From Bacteroidota bacterium (GTDB lineage: Bacteria; Bacteroidota; Bacteroidia; Flavobacteriales; TMED113), in the NCBI GenBank assembly GCA_036158635.1, contig JAYYFR010000029.1, forward strand, positions 13,802 to 77,801: a DNA stretch of 64,000 nucleotides, written 5' to 3'. Position numbers and translations under genes: made by a program. Under the pieces are notes generated by a model. That model had not been told where the DNA came from. It was given only the letters and a program-made list of their open reading frames with translations, and searched no databases. Shown here piece by piece: positions 19,511-28,800 of this stretch; the first letter of the stretch is position 1; every line of letters starts with the position of its first letter.

Positions 19511-21181
19511 TCAAATATTTAACATTTTTTTAGCATTTGCAATAGCTTCGTTAGTTATTTCTTTACCACTTAATAATCTTGCTAGTTCTAAAACACGATT
19601 TTTATTATCCAATAAATTAATTTTCGTTTCTATTTTTTCATCTCCAAGTTCGTTTTTGAAGACCTTATAATGATCATCTGAAATAGACGCAATTTGAGGT
19701 AAATGTGTAATTGCGATAATTTGCTGTTCTTTTGCAATTTCTTTCATAAAAAAACCTAATTTTTCTGCGATTTGTCCAGAGACACCTGAGTCAATCTCAT
19801 CAAATACAATGGTAGATATTTTTTTTGTGAGATATAAATGTTTTTTAATACATAACATTAATCTTGACATTTCTCCACCGGAGGCAACTTTTTCAATTGA
19901 TTTTAATTCATGACCTTTATTTGCAGAAAAAAGTAATTCTACAGAATCTTTACCATAATAATTTAAATTTGCTAATTCTTTAAACGAAAATTGAAGATTT
20001 GCATTTTTAATTCCCAATTGCTCTAAATCTTTAATTAGTATTGATTCAATTTTTGTGGCAAAAACTTTTCTTGATTTGGATAATTTTTTTGAAGTAATTA
20101 ATAACCATTCTTTGTTTTTATTAAATTTTTTTTCTAGGTCATTTAAATTATTATTTGAAGTATCTAAATTTGAAAAACCATGTGATAATTCTTCTAATTT
20201 TTTCAATAAATCTTCAACAGAACTAACAAAATATTTATCCTCCAGATAATTAATAAAATTTATTCTGCCTTCAATTTCCTCTAATTTATTTTTATCAACA
20301 CTCAATCTATCTTGAAATAAATTAATTTCTTCATTTAAATCCTTTACGTCAATAAGACTTGAAGAGAGTCTTTCACTAAAACTAGCTAATTTATCATTGT
20401 ACTCTGAAATTGAACTTAATTGAGAATGAGATTTATTCATTTTAGCAATCACTCCATTTTCTTCTTGAAAAAAAAATAAAATTTCATTTAATGACTTTTT
20501 AATTTGAACTATATTATTTAATAAATTATGCTGTTTCGTAATTTCTTCTTTTTCACCAACTTTTAAATTAGCATTTTGAAGTTCTAATATTGAGGACTGT
20601 AATTTTTCAAACTTTTCTTTTTCAGATTTACTATTTAACTTAAATTTTTCAATTTTTTGAAATAAGTCTTGATTTTCTAAAAATTTTTTTTGAAAATCTT
20701 TTAATGTATCTGAGTAACTTAAATCTGTTAAAGTTAATAAGCTATCTAAAAAATTTAATTGAAAAAACTCATCGTTTAATAGTAAATTCTCATGTTGTGA
20801 ATGTATATCAATAATTTTACTTGAAAGAAATTTTAAAACCTCTAGCCTTATCAAACAATCATTAATAAATGAACGAGATTTACCATTTGGCAAAATCTCT
20901 CTTCTAACAATTAAACTATCTCCATAATCAATATTATTGGATTTGAAAAAATTAGTAAACTCTAAACTAGATATATTAAATTCAGCCTCAATAATAATTT
21001 TTTTTGTTTTATCATTAAATTTTGAAAAATCTGCTCTTTTGCCAGAAATTAAATTTAATGCTCCAACAATAATTGATTTTCCAGCACCAGTTTGACCTGT
21101 AAGAACTAAAAAACCACCGTTAAAAAAAATTTCTATTTCATTAATGGTAGCAAAATTTTTAATTGATAATTTTCTTAACAT
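19511..21181 (-). CDS. recN: DNA repair protein RecN
   Basis: The N-terminus is MLRKLSIKNFATI...LTGQTGAGKSIIVGAL. There is a long coiled-coil and a C-terminal SMC signature SGGEMSRLMLCIK. Confidence 0.93.
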   Translation of the reverse strand: MLRKLSIKNFATINEIEIFFNGGFLVLTGQTGAGKSIIVGALNLISGKRADFSKFNDKTKKIIIEAEFNISSLEFTNFFKSNNIDYGDSLIVRREILPNGKSRSFINDCLIRLEVLKFLSSKIIDIHSQHENLLLNDEFFQLNFLDSLLTLTDLSYSDTLKDFQKKFLENQDLFQKIEKFKLNSKSEKEKFEKLQSSILELQNANLKVGEKEEITKQHNLLNNIVQIKKSLNEILFFFQEENGVIAKMNKSHSQLSSISEYNDKLASFSERLSSSLIDVKDLNEEINLFQDRLSVDKNKLEEIEGRINFINYLEDKYFVSSVEDLLKKLEELSHGFSNLDTSNNNLNDLEKKFNKNKEWLLITSKKLSKSRKVFATKIESILIKDLEQLGIKNANLQFSFKELANLNYYGKDSVELLFSANKGHELKSIEKVASGGEMSRLMLCIKKHLYLTKKISTIVFDEIDSGVSGQIAEKLGFFMKEIAKEQQIIAITHLPQIASISDDHYKVFKNELGDEKIETKINLLDNKNRVLELARLLSGKEITNEAIANAKKMLNI

Positions 21182-22087
21182 TTAATTACCAGTTAAAATT
21201 TTTTGCCATTTATCAGAATTTTTAGGAGATATTCTCGTTAAAACATTGACTAACTGATTTGCTTGCATTAAACTTCCCTGAGAAAATATGTTAATAATTT
21301 CATCAGTTTTTGAATCAAAAAATAATTGAACAAAATAACTTTTGGGTCGTTGATTATACACATCTAATAATTTAATTAAAGCATCAGCTATAGTTTCTCT
21401 GACCATATCTGGTTTTTCAGTAAAATTATCCATTCCTTCCCTATGATATTTATAAAAAGAATTTCTCATATTCTCGAAATCAGGATTTAATAAATTTTCA
21501 ACTAACCAATACCTATTTTTTGAACCTTCAAAAGACTTCCATCCTGATGCATTATTATCATTTTGTGCATTATTTACAATTTTTTGCGCCTTTATAAAAT
21601 ATTTATCTCCTCCATTTAATAAAAAACTATCATAATCTAAACCAATAATTATGTAAGCATAATATGCTAAAACAGACGTCAAATTCGAAAGATGAGTATT
21701 TTCATTAAATTCTAATGGTTCAAATTCTACATATTTAAATCTAAATTGATCATCTACTAAATTAATTACAGGAGAATTATAAGTGCTTTTAAAGATAGGA
21801 CGCGATGATTGTACTGAAATAGTACCAGTAAATTCGTCAGTAGAAATTTGTTGATTAATCCTAATTAATATTGTACAATCAATACGTTCCTCATTAGAAA
21901 AAATATCATTGGTCCATTTAGTTGTATTCATAAATTCATTAATACTTTGTCTCATTGAATTAAACATTTCCTTGTTGGCACTAGGAATAGATGAATAATT
22001 TAAAGATACCCTACAATTAATTTCTTGAGAGAAAATTATAGTATTTATTAAAAAAAAGAGTAAAAATGAATTTTTAAACACTAACAC
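21182..22087 (-). CDS. DUF4835 family protein (labelled T9SS-associated PorD in some annotations)
   Basis: Signal peptide. The N-terminus EINCRVSLNYSSIPSANKEMF...KWTNDIFSNEERIDCTILI is typical of DUF4835, and the gene sits in the conserved position between coaBC and recN. Confidence 0.7.
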   Translation of the reverse strand: MLVFKNSFLLFFLINTIIFSQEINCRVSLNYSSIPSANKEMFNSMRQSINEFMNTTKWTNDIFSNEERIDCTILIRINQQISTDEFTGTISVQSSRPIFKSTYNSPVINLVDDQFRFKYVEFEPLEFNENTHLSNLTSVLAYYAYIIIGLDYDSFLLNGGDKYFIKAQKIVNNAQNDNNASGWKSFEGSKNRYWLVENLLNPDFENMRNSFYKYHREGMDNFTEKPDMVRETIADALIKLLDVYNQRPKSYFVQLFFDSKTDEIINIFSQGSLMQANQLVNVLTRISPKNSDKWQKILTGN

Positions 22088-23322
22088 TTTTTAATTTCTT
22101 TATTAATATTTAAACGACTAAAAAAAATATTTGTTGCTTTTTTAACAATAATTTTAGATGCTTCTTTTTTGGTCATTAAAGGATATTTTTTATGTTTAAG
22201 GTCCTTGTCAATAATTGTAATTTTGTTAGTATCAAAACCAAAACCTGCCCCCTCATCATTTAATGAATTTAAAATAATAGCATCTAAATTTTTATCTTTT
22301 AACTTCTTGAAAGCGTTTTTTAATTCTTGATTAGTCTCCAATGCAAATCCAATCAAAACCTGCTTCGTTTTAATAGTCCCTAATTTCTTTAAAATATCAT
22401 TTGTTTTCTTGAAAGAAATATTTAGTTCATCCGCTTTCTTAATTTTTTTCTTAAAATTTTTTTGTGGTTTAAAGTCTGAAACAGCGGCAGAAAAAATGAC
22501 AATGTCTTGATATTTAAATTTTTTTAAAGATAAATCATACATTTCTTTTGAAGAAACAACTCTGTTAATAGTCATATTTTCATCAACTTTCTCAGAACTA
22601 GGACCAATTATTAGATTAACATTAGCACCTAATTTTTGTAGTTCATTTGCAATACAACATCCCATTTTACCAGACGAAAAGTTTCCAATATATCTAACTG
22701 GGTCAATTTTTTCAAAGGTAGGTCCAGCAGTAACTAAGCAGTTTAGACCAGTTAGGGGTTTTTGATTAGAACAAAAGGATTCTAAAATTGAAATAATTTT
22801 TTCCGGTTCTTTAAGTCTACCCTCCCCACTTAAACCACTAGCAAGGCTTCCAGAGTCAACATCAATTAAATTATAATTATTTTTCTTAAGTATACTTATA
22901 TTTTTCTGGGTAATTTTGTTTAGATACATATCATGATCCATTGCAGGAGCAATAAAAACAGGGCATCTTGCTGATAAAATTACGGCCAATAGAAGATTGT
23001 CGCATGCCCCTTGAGATATTTTAGAGATAGTATTAGCAGTTGTTGGTGCAACAATAATAATATCAGCCCAAATACCAAGTTCTACGTGATTATTCCATAT
23101 ATTATCTTCACTATAAAAATTAGTGTGAACCTTGTTTTTTGACAAAACTGAAAGTACTAAAGGAGAAACGAAATTATGAGCAGATGGAGTTAATACAACC
23201 TTAACAATGGCACCACACTCTTTTAGTAAACGAACTAGAAAAATAGATTTATATGCTGAAACACCGCCAGTAATACCAACGAGAATTTTTTTCTTGAATA
23301 ATGAAGAATTTTTGATTTTCAT
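22081..23322 (-). CDS. coaBC: Bifunctional phosphopantothenoylcysteine decarboxylase / phosphopantothenate-cysteine ligase
   Basis: Flavoprotein N-domain (ILVGITGGVSAYKS) plus a DFP C-domain (TAGPTFEKIDPVRYIGNFSSGKMG). Confidence 0.93.
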   Translation of the reverse strand: MKIKNSSLFKKKILVGITGGVSAYKSIFLVRLLKECGAIVKVVLTPSAHNFVSPLVLSVLSKNKVHTNFYSEDNIWNNHVELGIWADIIIVAPTTANTISKISQGACDNLLLAVILSARCPVFIAPAMDHDMYLNKITQKNISILKKNNYNLIDVDSGSLASGLSGEGRLKEPEKIISILESFCSNQKPLTGLNCLVTAGPTFEKIDPVRYIGNFSSGKMGCCIANELQKLGANVNLIIGPSSEKVDENMTINRVVSSKEMYDLSLKKFKYQDIVIFSAAVSDFKPQKNFKKKIKKADELNISFKKTNDILKKLGTIKTKQVLIGFALETNQELKNAFKKLKDKNLDAIILNSLNDEGAGFGFDTNKITIIDKDLKHKKYPLMTKKEASKIIVKKATNIFFSRLNINKEIKKC

Positions 23323-23338
23323 TAAAAAATTATGAAAT

Positions 23339-23755
23339 CTAAACTTCTTTTATTTCAGTATTTGATTCCTTTGTAGAATCAGAATTATTTTCATTGTTAT
23401 TCTCTATAGAATCTGCTAATTTATCCAAATTATCTTCCTCAGGTTCAGGTTCTCTATGATAAACATTACCTTCAATCATTTCTTGTATGGCTATAGAAGT
23501 TGATTTTGGTAGTCTTTCATAATACCTAGATACTTCTATTTGTTCTTTATTTTCGAAAACCTCTTCTAAAGAATTATTAGTAGTAGCAAATTCATCTATT
23601 TTCTCTAACAATTCTTCTTTCATCTCAACACCAATTTGCTTAGCTCTTTTTGATAAAATGGAAATAGTCTTATAAATATTGTTTGTTTCTTTACTTAACT
23701 CCTTAACATCTCTGGAAATTGTAGTTTTACTAGCGTTAGTTTTTTTATAATTCAT
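23339..23755 (-). CDS. rpoZ: DNA-directed RNA polymerase subunit omega (Bacteroidota type) with an acidic C-terminal extension
   Basis: IYKTISILSKRAKQIGVEMKEELLEKIDEF and EQIEVSRYYERLPK match flavobacterial omega. The gene sits in the conserved bamD-rpoZ-coaBC position. Confidence 0.8.
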   Translation of the reverse strand: MNYKKTNASKTTISRDVKELSKETNNIYKTISILSKRAKQIGVEMKEELLEKIDEFATTNNSLEEVFENKEQIEVSRYYERLPKSTSIAIQEMIEGNVYHREPEPEEDNLDKLADSIENNNENNSDSTKESNTEIKEV

Positions 23756-24509
23756 TTCTTAATTTTTTTAATTCAATTAAATATTTACTATTTGGATATG
23801 TCAAACTAAAATCTTGGAATGCAAATATAAACTCTTTTGTTCGTAAATCCTTTTTTTCTTCAATACTATTTTTAGCTAATTCAAAATAAGATTTTGTTTG
23901 ACAGTAAGATACTTCTTCTAAAAAACTAGAATTTGGATAAGATTCAATAAAATTATTAAAAGCATATATAGCAGAGTTAAATTTACTTGTTTTGAAGTAA
24001 GAGTATGCAATATTGAATTCTTTTTCTTCTAAAATTAAATTTAATTTAGAAATTAAATTCTCAGCTTCAGTAATATTTTCACTGTCAGGATAATTAGAAG
24101 TAAAAAGCTCTAATTGTTTTATAGCCTCAAATGTATTTGATTGATCATAATGACTAGGAGGAGTATCTAAATAATAACATTTAGCAGACATAAATGCCAT
24201 TTCTTCAACTTTAGTTGATGAAAAAAAAGTTTTAGAAAAATTATTAAAATGATACGCAGCACTTGTATAATCTCCTAAGTAAAAAAGTGAATAAGTATAA
24301 TAATAATAAATGTCCTCTGACTTATTGCTTCCTTTAAATTCACTTAAAATATCTTCGAACAAAACTAAAGCCCTTGAATACTTAGATTCATTGAAATAAG
24401 ATAAAGCAGTCTCAAATTTTAAGTCAAAATTATCACTTTTTAACAATTTTTGATAATTACTACAAGAGGAAAATGTTAAAATGAATAAAATAAATAGTAC
24501 CTTTTTCAC
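23745..24509 (-). CDS. bamD: Outer membrane protein assembly factor BamD (lipoprotein, TPR-like)
   Basis: Lipobox-like FSSCS, TPR-like repeats, and synteny with rpoZ. Confidence 0.85.
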   Translation of the reverse strand: MKKVLFILFILTFSSCSNYQKLLKSDNFDLKFETALSYFNESKYSRALVLFEDILSEFKGSNKSEDIYYYYTYSLFYLGDYTSAAYHFNNFSKTFFSSTKVEEMAFMSAKCYYLDTPPSHYDQSNTFEAIKQLELFTSNYPDSENITEAENLISKLNLILEEKEFNIAYSYFKTSKFNSAIYAFNNFIESYPNSSFLEEVSYCQTKSYFELAKNSIEEKKDLRTKEFIFAFQDFSLTYPNSKYLIELKKLRNEL

Positions 24510-24539
24510 ATAGCTAAATTAAAACAAATTTATTAATTG

Positions 24540-24547
24540 TACTTTTG
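24540..24547 (+). promoter_or_regulatory. Candidate -7 promoter box (TACTTTTG)
   Basis: TAnnTTTG match 23 nt upstream of the ATG at 24571, in a divergent intergenic region. Confidence 0.25.
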
Positions 24548-24570
24548 TATTTTAAAAAACTCATAATATT

Positions 24571-25830
24571 ATGGATTTATTTGATAAAATTGAAAAAAAT
24601 ATGGAGATATCTCCACTGGGAAAACATGCAAAAGAAGCTCATGGTTATTTTACTTATCCTAAACTTGAAGGAGAAATTTCTAGTAGAATGTTATTCAGGA
24701 ATAAAGAAGTTATAACATGGAGTATAAATAATTATCTCGGACTTTCAAACCATCCTGAAATAAGAAAAATAGATGCAAACGCTGCAAAAGAATGGGGTTT
24801 AGGAACTCCTATGGGTTCAAGAATGATGTCTGGTGAAACAAAATATCATGAAGAATTAGAAAATAACTTATCTGAATTCGTTCAGAAAGAATCTACGATA
24901 TTGTTAAATTTTGGATATCAAGGTATGCATTCTGCTGTTGATGCATTAGTCGACAGAAGAGATGTAATTGTTTATGACGAAGAGTCCCATGCTTGCATTT
25001 TAGATGGTATTCGGTTACATAAACTAAATGGAACCACTTTTAAATATTTACATAATGATATTGAAAGTTTAGAAAAAAATCTAATAAGAGCTGAAAGTGT
25101 AGTGGAGAAAACAAAGGGTTCAATATTGTTAATAACTGAAGGTGTATTTGGAATGGCAGGAGACTTAGGAATATTAGATAAAATTTGTAAACTAAAAGAA
25201 AAATATTCATTTAGACTTTTTGTTGATGATGCACATGGAATTGGAACTATGGGAGATCATGGAAGAGGAACTGGTGAACATTTTGGAGTTCAAAGTGAAA
25301 TTGATATTTACTTTGGAACTTTTGCAAAAAGTTTTTCAAGTATAGGTGCCTTCATTAGTTCTAAAAAAACTGTAATTGATTACTTAAAATATACAACAAG
25401 ATCTCAAATTTTCGCAAAATCTCTTCCTATGCCCTTAGTTATTGGCGCAATTAAAAGATTAGAGATGATAAGAACAAAACCTGAATTGAAAAATAATCTT
25501 TGGCACATAACAAACTTGTTACAAAATGGATTGAAAAAAGAGGGGTTTGACTTAGGAAAAACACAAAGTTGTGTCACTCCTGTATGGCTTGAAGGTGGAG
25601 TTACTGAATCAACAAATTTAACTTTTGATTTGAGAGAAAATCATGGAATATTTTGTTCAATTGTTACCTATCCAGTAATACCAAAAGGGAAAATTATGTT
25701 GAGGTTAATTCCAACAGCAGTTCATACAGAAGATGATGTGCATAAAACTGTAAAGGCATTTACAGAGGTCAAAGAAAAATTATTTTCTGGAAAATACATT
25801 ACTGAGAAAATAGAAAAACCTATTTCTTAA
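24571..25830 (+). CDS. PLP-dependent alpha-oxoamine synthase family acyltransferase (KBL/AONS/serine-palmitoyltransferase-like)
   Basis: Class I/II aminotransferase fold. The PLP-lysine context is GTFAKSF and the motif DDAHGIG is present. The substrate (serine, cysteate or glycine) cannot be assigned from sequence by eye. Confidence 0.85.
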   Translation: MDLFDKIEKNMEISPLGKHAKEAHGYFTYPKLEGEISSRMLFRNKEVITWSINNYLGLSNHPEIRKIDANAAKEWGLGTPMGSRMMSGETKYHEELENNLSEFVQKESTILLNFGYQGMHSAVDALVDRRDVIVYDEESHACILDGIRLHKLNGTTFKYLHNDIESLEKNLIRAESVVEKTKGSILLITEGVFGMAGDLGILDKICKLKEKYSFRLFVDDAHGIGTMGDHGRGTGEHFGVQSEIDIYFGTFAKSFSSIGAFISSKKTVIDYLKYTTRSQIFAKSLPMPLVIGAIKRLEMIRTKPELKNNLWHITNLLQNGLKKEGFDLGKTQSCVTPVWLEGGVTESTNLTFDLRENHGIFCSIVTYPVIPKGKIMLRLIPTAVHTEDDVHKTVKAFTEVKEKLFSGKYITEKIEKPIS

Positions 25831-28800
25831 TAACTATTTTTTTATTAATAAAACCATTTTCATAGTCAATAGTCAAATTATATATTCCCATTGAAAGTGA
25901 TGTAAAATCTAACTCTTGGGAAATATCCTTTGCATTATAACTTTTAGACGAAATTAAATTACCAACTAAATCATATATAGACAAAACAAATTCTTTTTTC
26001 TCTTCAAAAGAAATATTGAAATATAAAATATCTGAAGTTGGATTAGGGTAAAGAACAAAACTACTTATTCCTTCAAATTCGTTAATATTAAACTGATTGA
26101 ATGGTTCACATTCATCAGTGTTATTTACTGAAATAACATTTTCATAATCTTGATTAATAACATCTATTATTTCTTCAATACATATAAAATTATTACCATC
26201 TATATTTACCCCCAATGGTAAAGAATAATATACTCTACAAAGTGGAACAGGATCATAATTTTTTTGAATTAAGCTATCTTGTAATGAAACACCTAAAATT
26301 ATATTATCATATACAGAAAAAGATGGTGTAATAGGGTAATCATTCTCAGAAATTAAATTTTCAACATCAGTTATTATAACTTCTTCGTTACCTAATTTAA
26401 ATTGATAACCTAACACCTCATTGTTTGGATTTTGAATACTTATATCAACATAACCTTCTTCAAAATTCCAATCATAAATATCAAAAGAGACAGTATCATT
26501 TGGATTAGTGACTTCTAAACCATATTGACAAGGTTCAGATTGGTTATCTCTTGTGATGACACTAAAGTTATTTATACAATTTACAAGTAAACCTATATCA
26601 GAAACAGTAATTTCACCATCTGAATCTAAATCAGTACAATTTGTTGGAGTTATATCATTATTTATAATCTGGTTAATGTATTCTTGTCCATCATTGACAT
26701 CAATAAAACCATCAAAATTCAAATCTCCAGTTGTAGCCTCACCCCCACAAACACCATTACAATCTAATTGAGCGTTACCAAATTCTTCTCCATTACAATC
26801 TGTATATGAGGGACAATCACTCAAACCGAAAGGATTGTCATCAAGTTCATTTAGAATTCCATTTCCATCAATATCATCGTCATCACCATTCAAAATACCA
26901 TCTCCATCAATATCAGGATCATTAATATTATCAATACCATCATTATCTAAATCAGTAGAAAGAACATAACTTTTTGAACCATCTTCTAAAGTAATTACCC
27001 TTATACATGTTTGCATCCAGTTATTTTCATAAGTAAGTTCAACATTCCCTAGGGCATCAGGATCTTGATCCCAATTTGTTCTTACAACCATAGTATAATC
27101 ACCATCTGGAACAGTTGTTATATCAATCCATTGACAAGATAAACCAGCACCATAAATATCACCACATCCTGCAGAAATACCCATTATACTACAACCATAT
27201 TGAGCAGTTCCACCATCACTACATTCTAAATCCATTACACAAAAACCATTTTTAAACCCAACTGGAATTAATTGTCCTTCAGTATCAAATAAAACGTATT
27301 CTGCATATCCTTTGTAATGCCAATGATTGTGACATTCATCCCATTCAAATTGATTAGTTTCTTCATTATCATTTACAGAACCAATAAAATAATCTTCATC
27401 ACCGATGTTTTTAATCCATGTGGTAAATCTAACAAGATATCTTGTACCATAACCATTCAAACACCCTTCATCTATAGCACAACCATCATTATTTTCATAA
27501 ACCTCTAAATACATTGAATCTTCAAATGGTAAAACCGCTAAGTCTGGACCACTTGTGCAATCAGGATCGCCAGGGTACAAACAATTATCATCATCGACTT
27601 CAGCAATTGGGTTAAAATTACAAGCTGCTGGATCCATACATCCTTCAACAGGGCCAACATAAGAGATTTCCCAATCAATCTCAGAACAATCTCCATTTAT
27701 TCTTATGTAATAAAATTCACCTTCTGCAAATAAAGGATTTACTTGAGATTGTAAACCGCATTCATCATCGTTATAATATATTGTTGCATCATTTGATTCA
27801 GTTGGAAGCAATCCCGTACAATAATCATAGACATAAATAATAGTGTTACACTCAGATTGACAAGTATTAATTTCATACTGACCATTTTGAGTGGGTGAAA
27901 AAACGTACCAGAAGTCGTCAGATAAAGTTTGATAGGACCCCAAACCAACCTCTATAGCAGTATTACAATCATAACCAGGGGGGCAATTCATTGTTATAGA
28001 TGCTTCATTAGAAAAATCAGGATTTTCTAAAACTAAATCATTTTCATAAAAAACTTGTAGACCACCTGAATCAAAAATTCCATCTCCATAACTGTCATAA
28101 ACTGTAAAAATATAACAACCTTCAACAGGAAGACAATACTGAAATAAATAATCAGAATAAACATTAGAAAAAACATCAGCTTCACTAGCCCAAACAACTC
28201 CCCCATTATCATTCAAAATAAATGATGTTTCCCATGGATAATTATCAGTGGAAAGTAAAACATCTATTTGTATTTCTGTATTTGAGCACTGAACGTCGTA
28301 TAAACAAGTACCATTATCAAAAGTTGCCTCAGGATTATAATTAGAAACACTGTCATCCATACAGCCATAAATATCATTCTCGTCACATATACCATTTTGA
28401 TTTAAATCATTGTAACAATTCCCATCGCAATCAATAATTTCATCAGAAAAAACACAACCATAATCAATTAAAGCAGTAGCATCATAATTACAAGCATCAG
28501 GGTTGGTGCAACCATATGAATTACAATCAACTGAAGTCATCATGAATTCTTCAGTTATTCCATAGCCTGGAGGAACTTCTCCATTATTATTAGCTAGTAC
28601 AACAGCTAAATCACACTGGCTAATTGTATAAAGACCGCCGTTCCACCCATCCCCGTAAGTGTCATATGAGTTAAATGAATAAGTCTCATTAATATTTAAA
28701 CATAAATATTGACCATAAGTCTCATAATCTTGATACCAAGAATTCAGTGGAGGACTATTAGCAATTACCTCTCCATTTTCGTTTTGTATGTCCCATGTGA

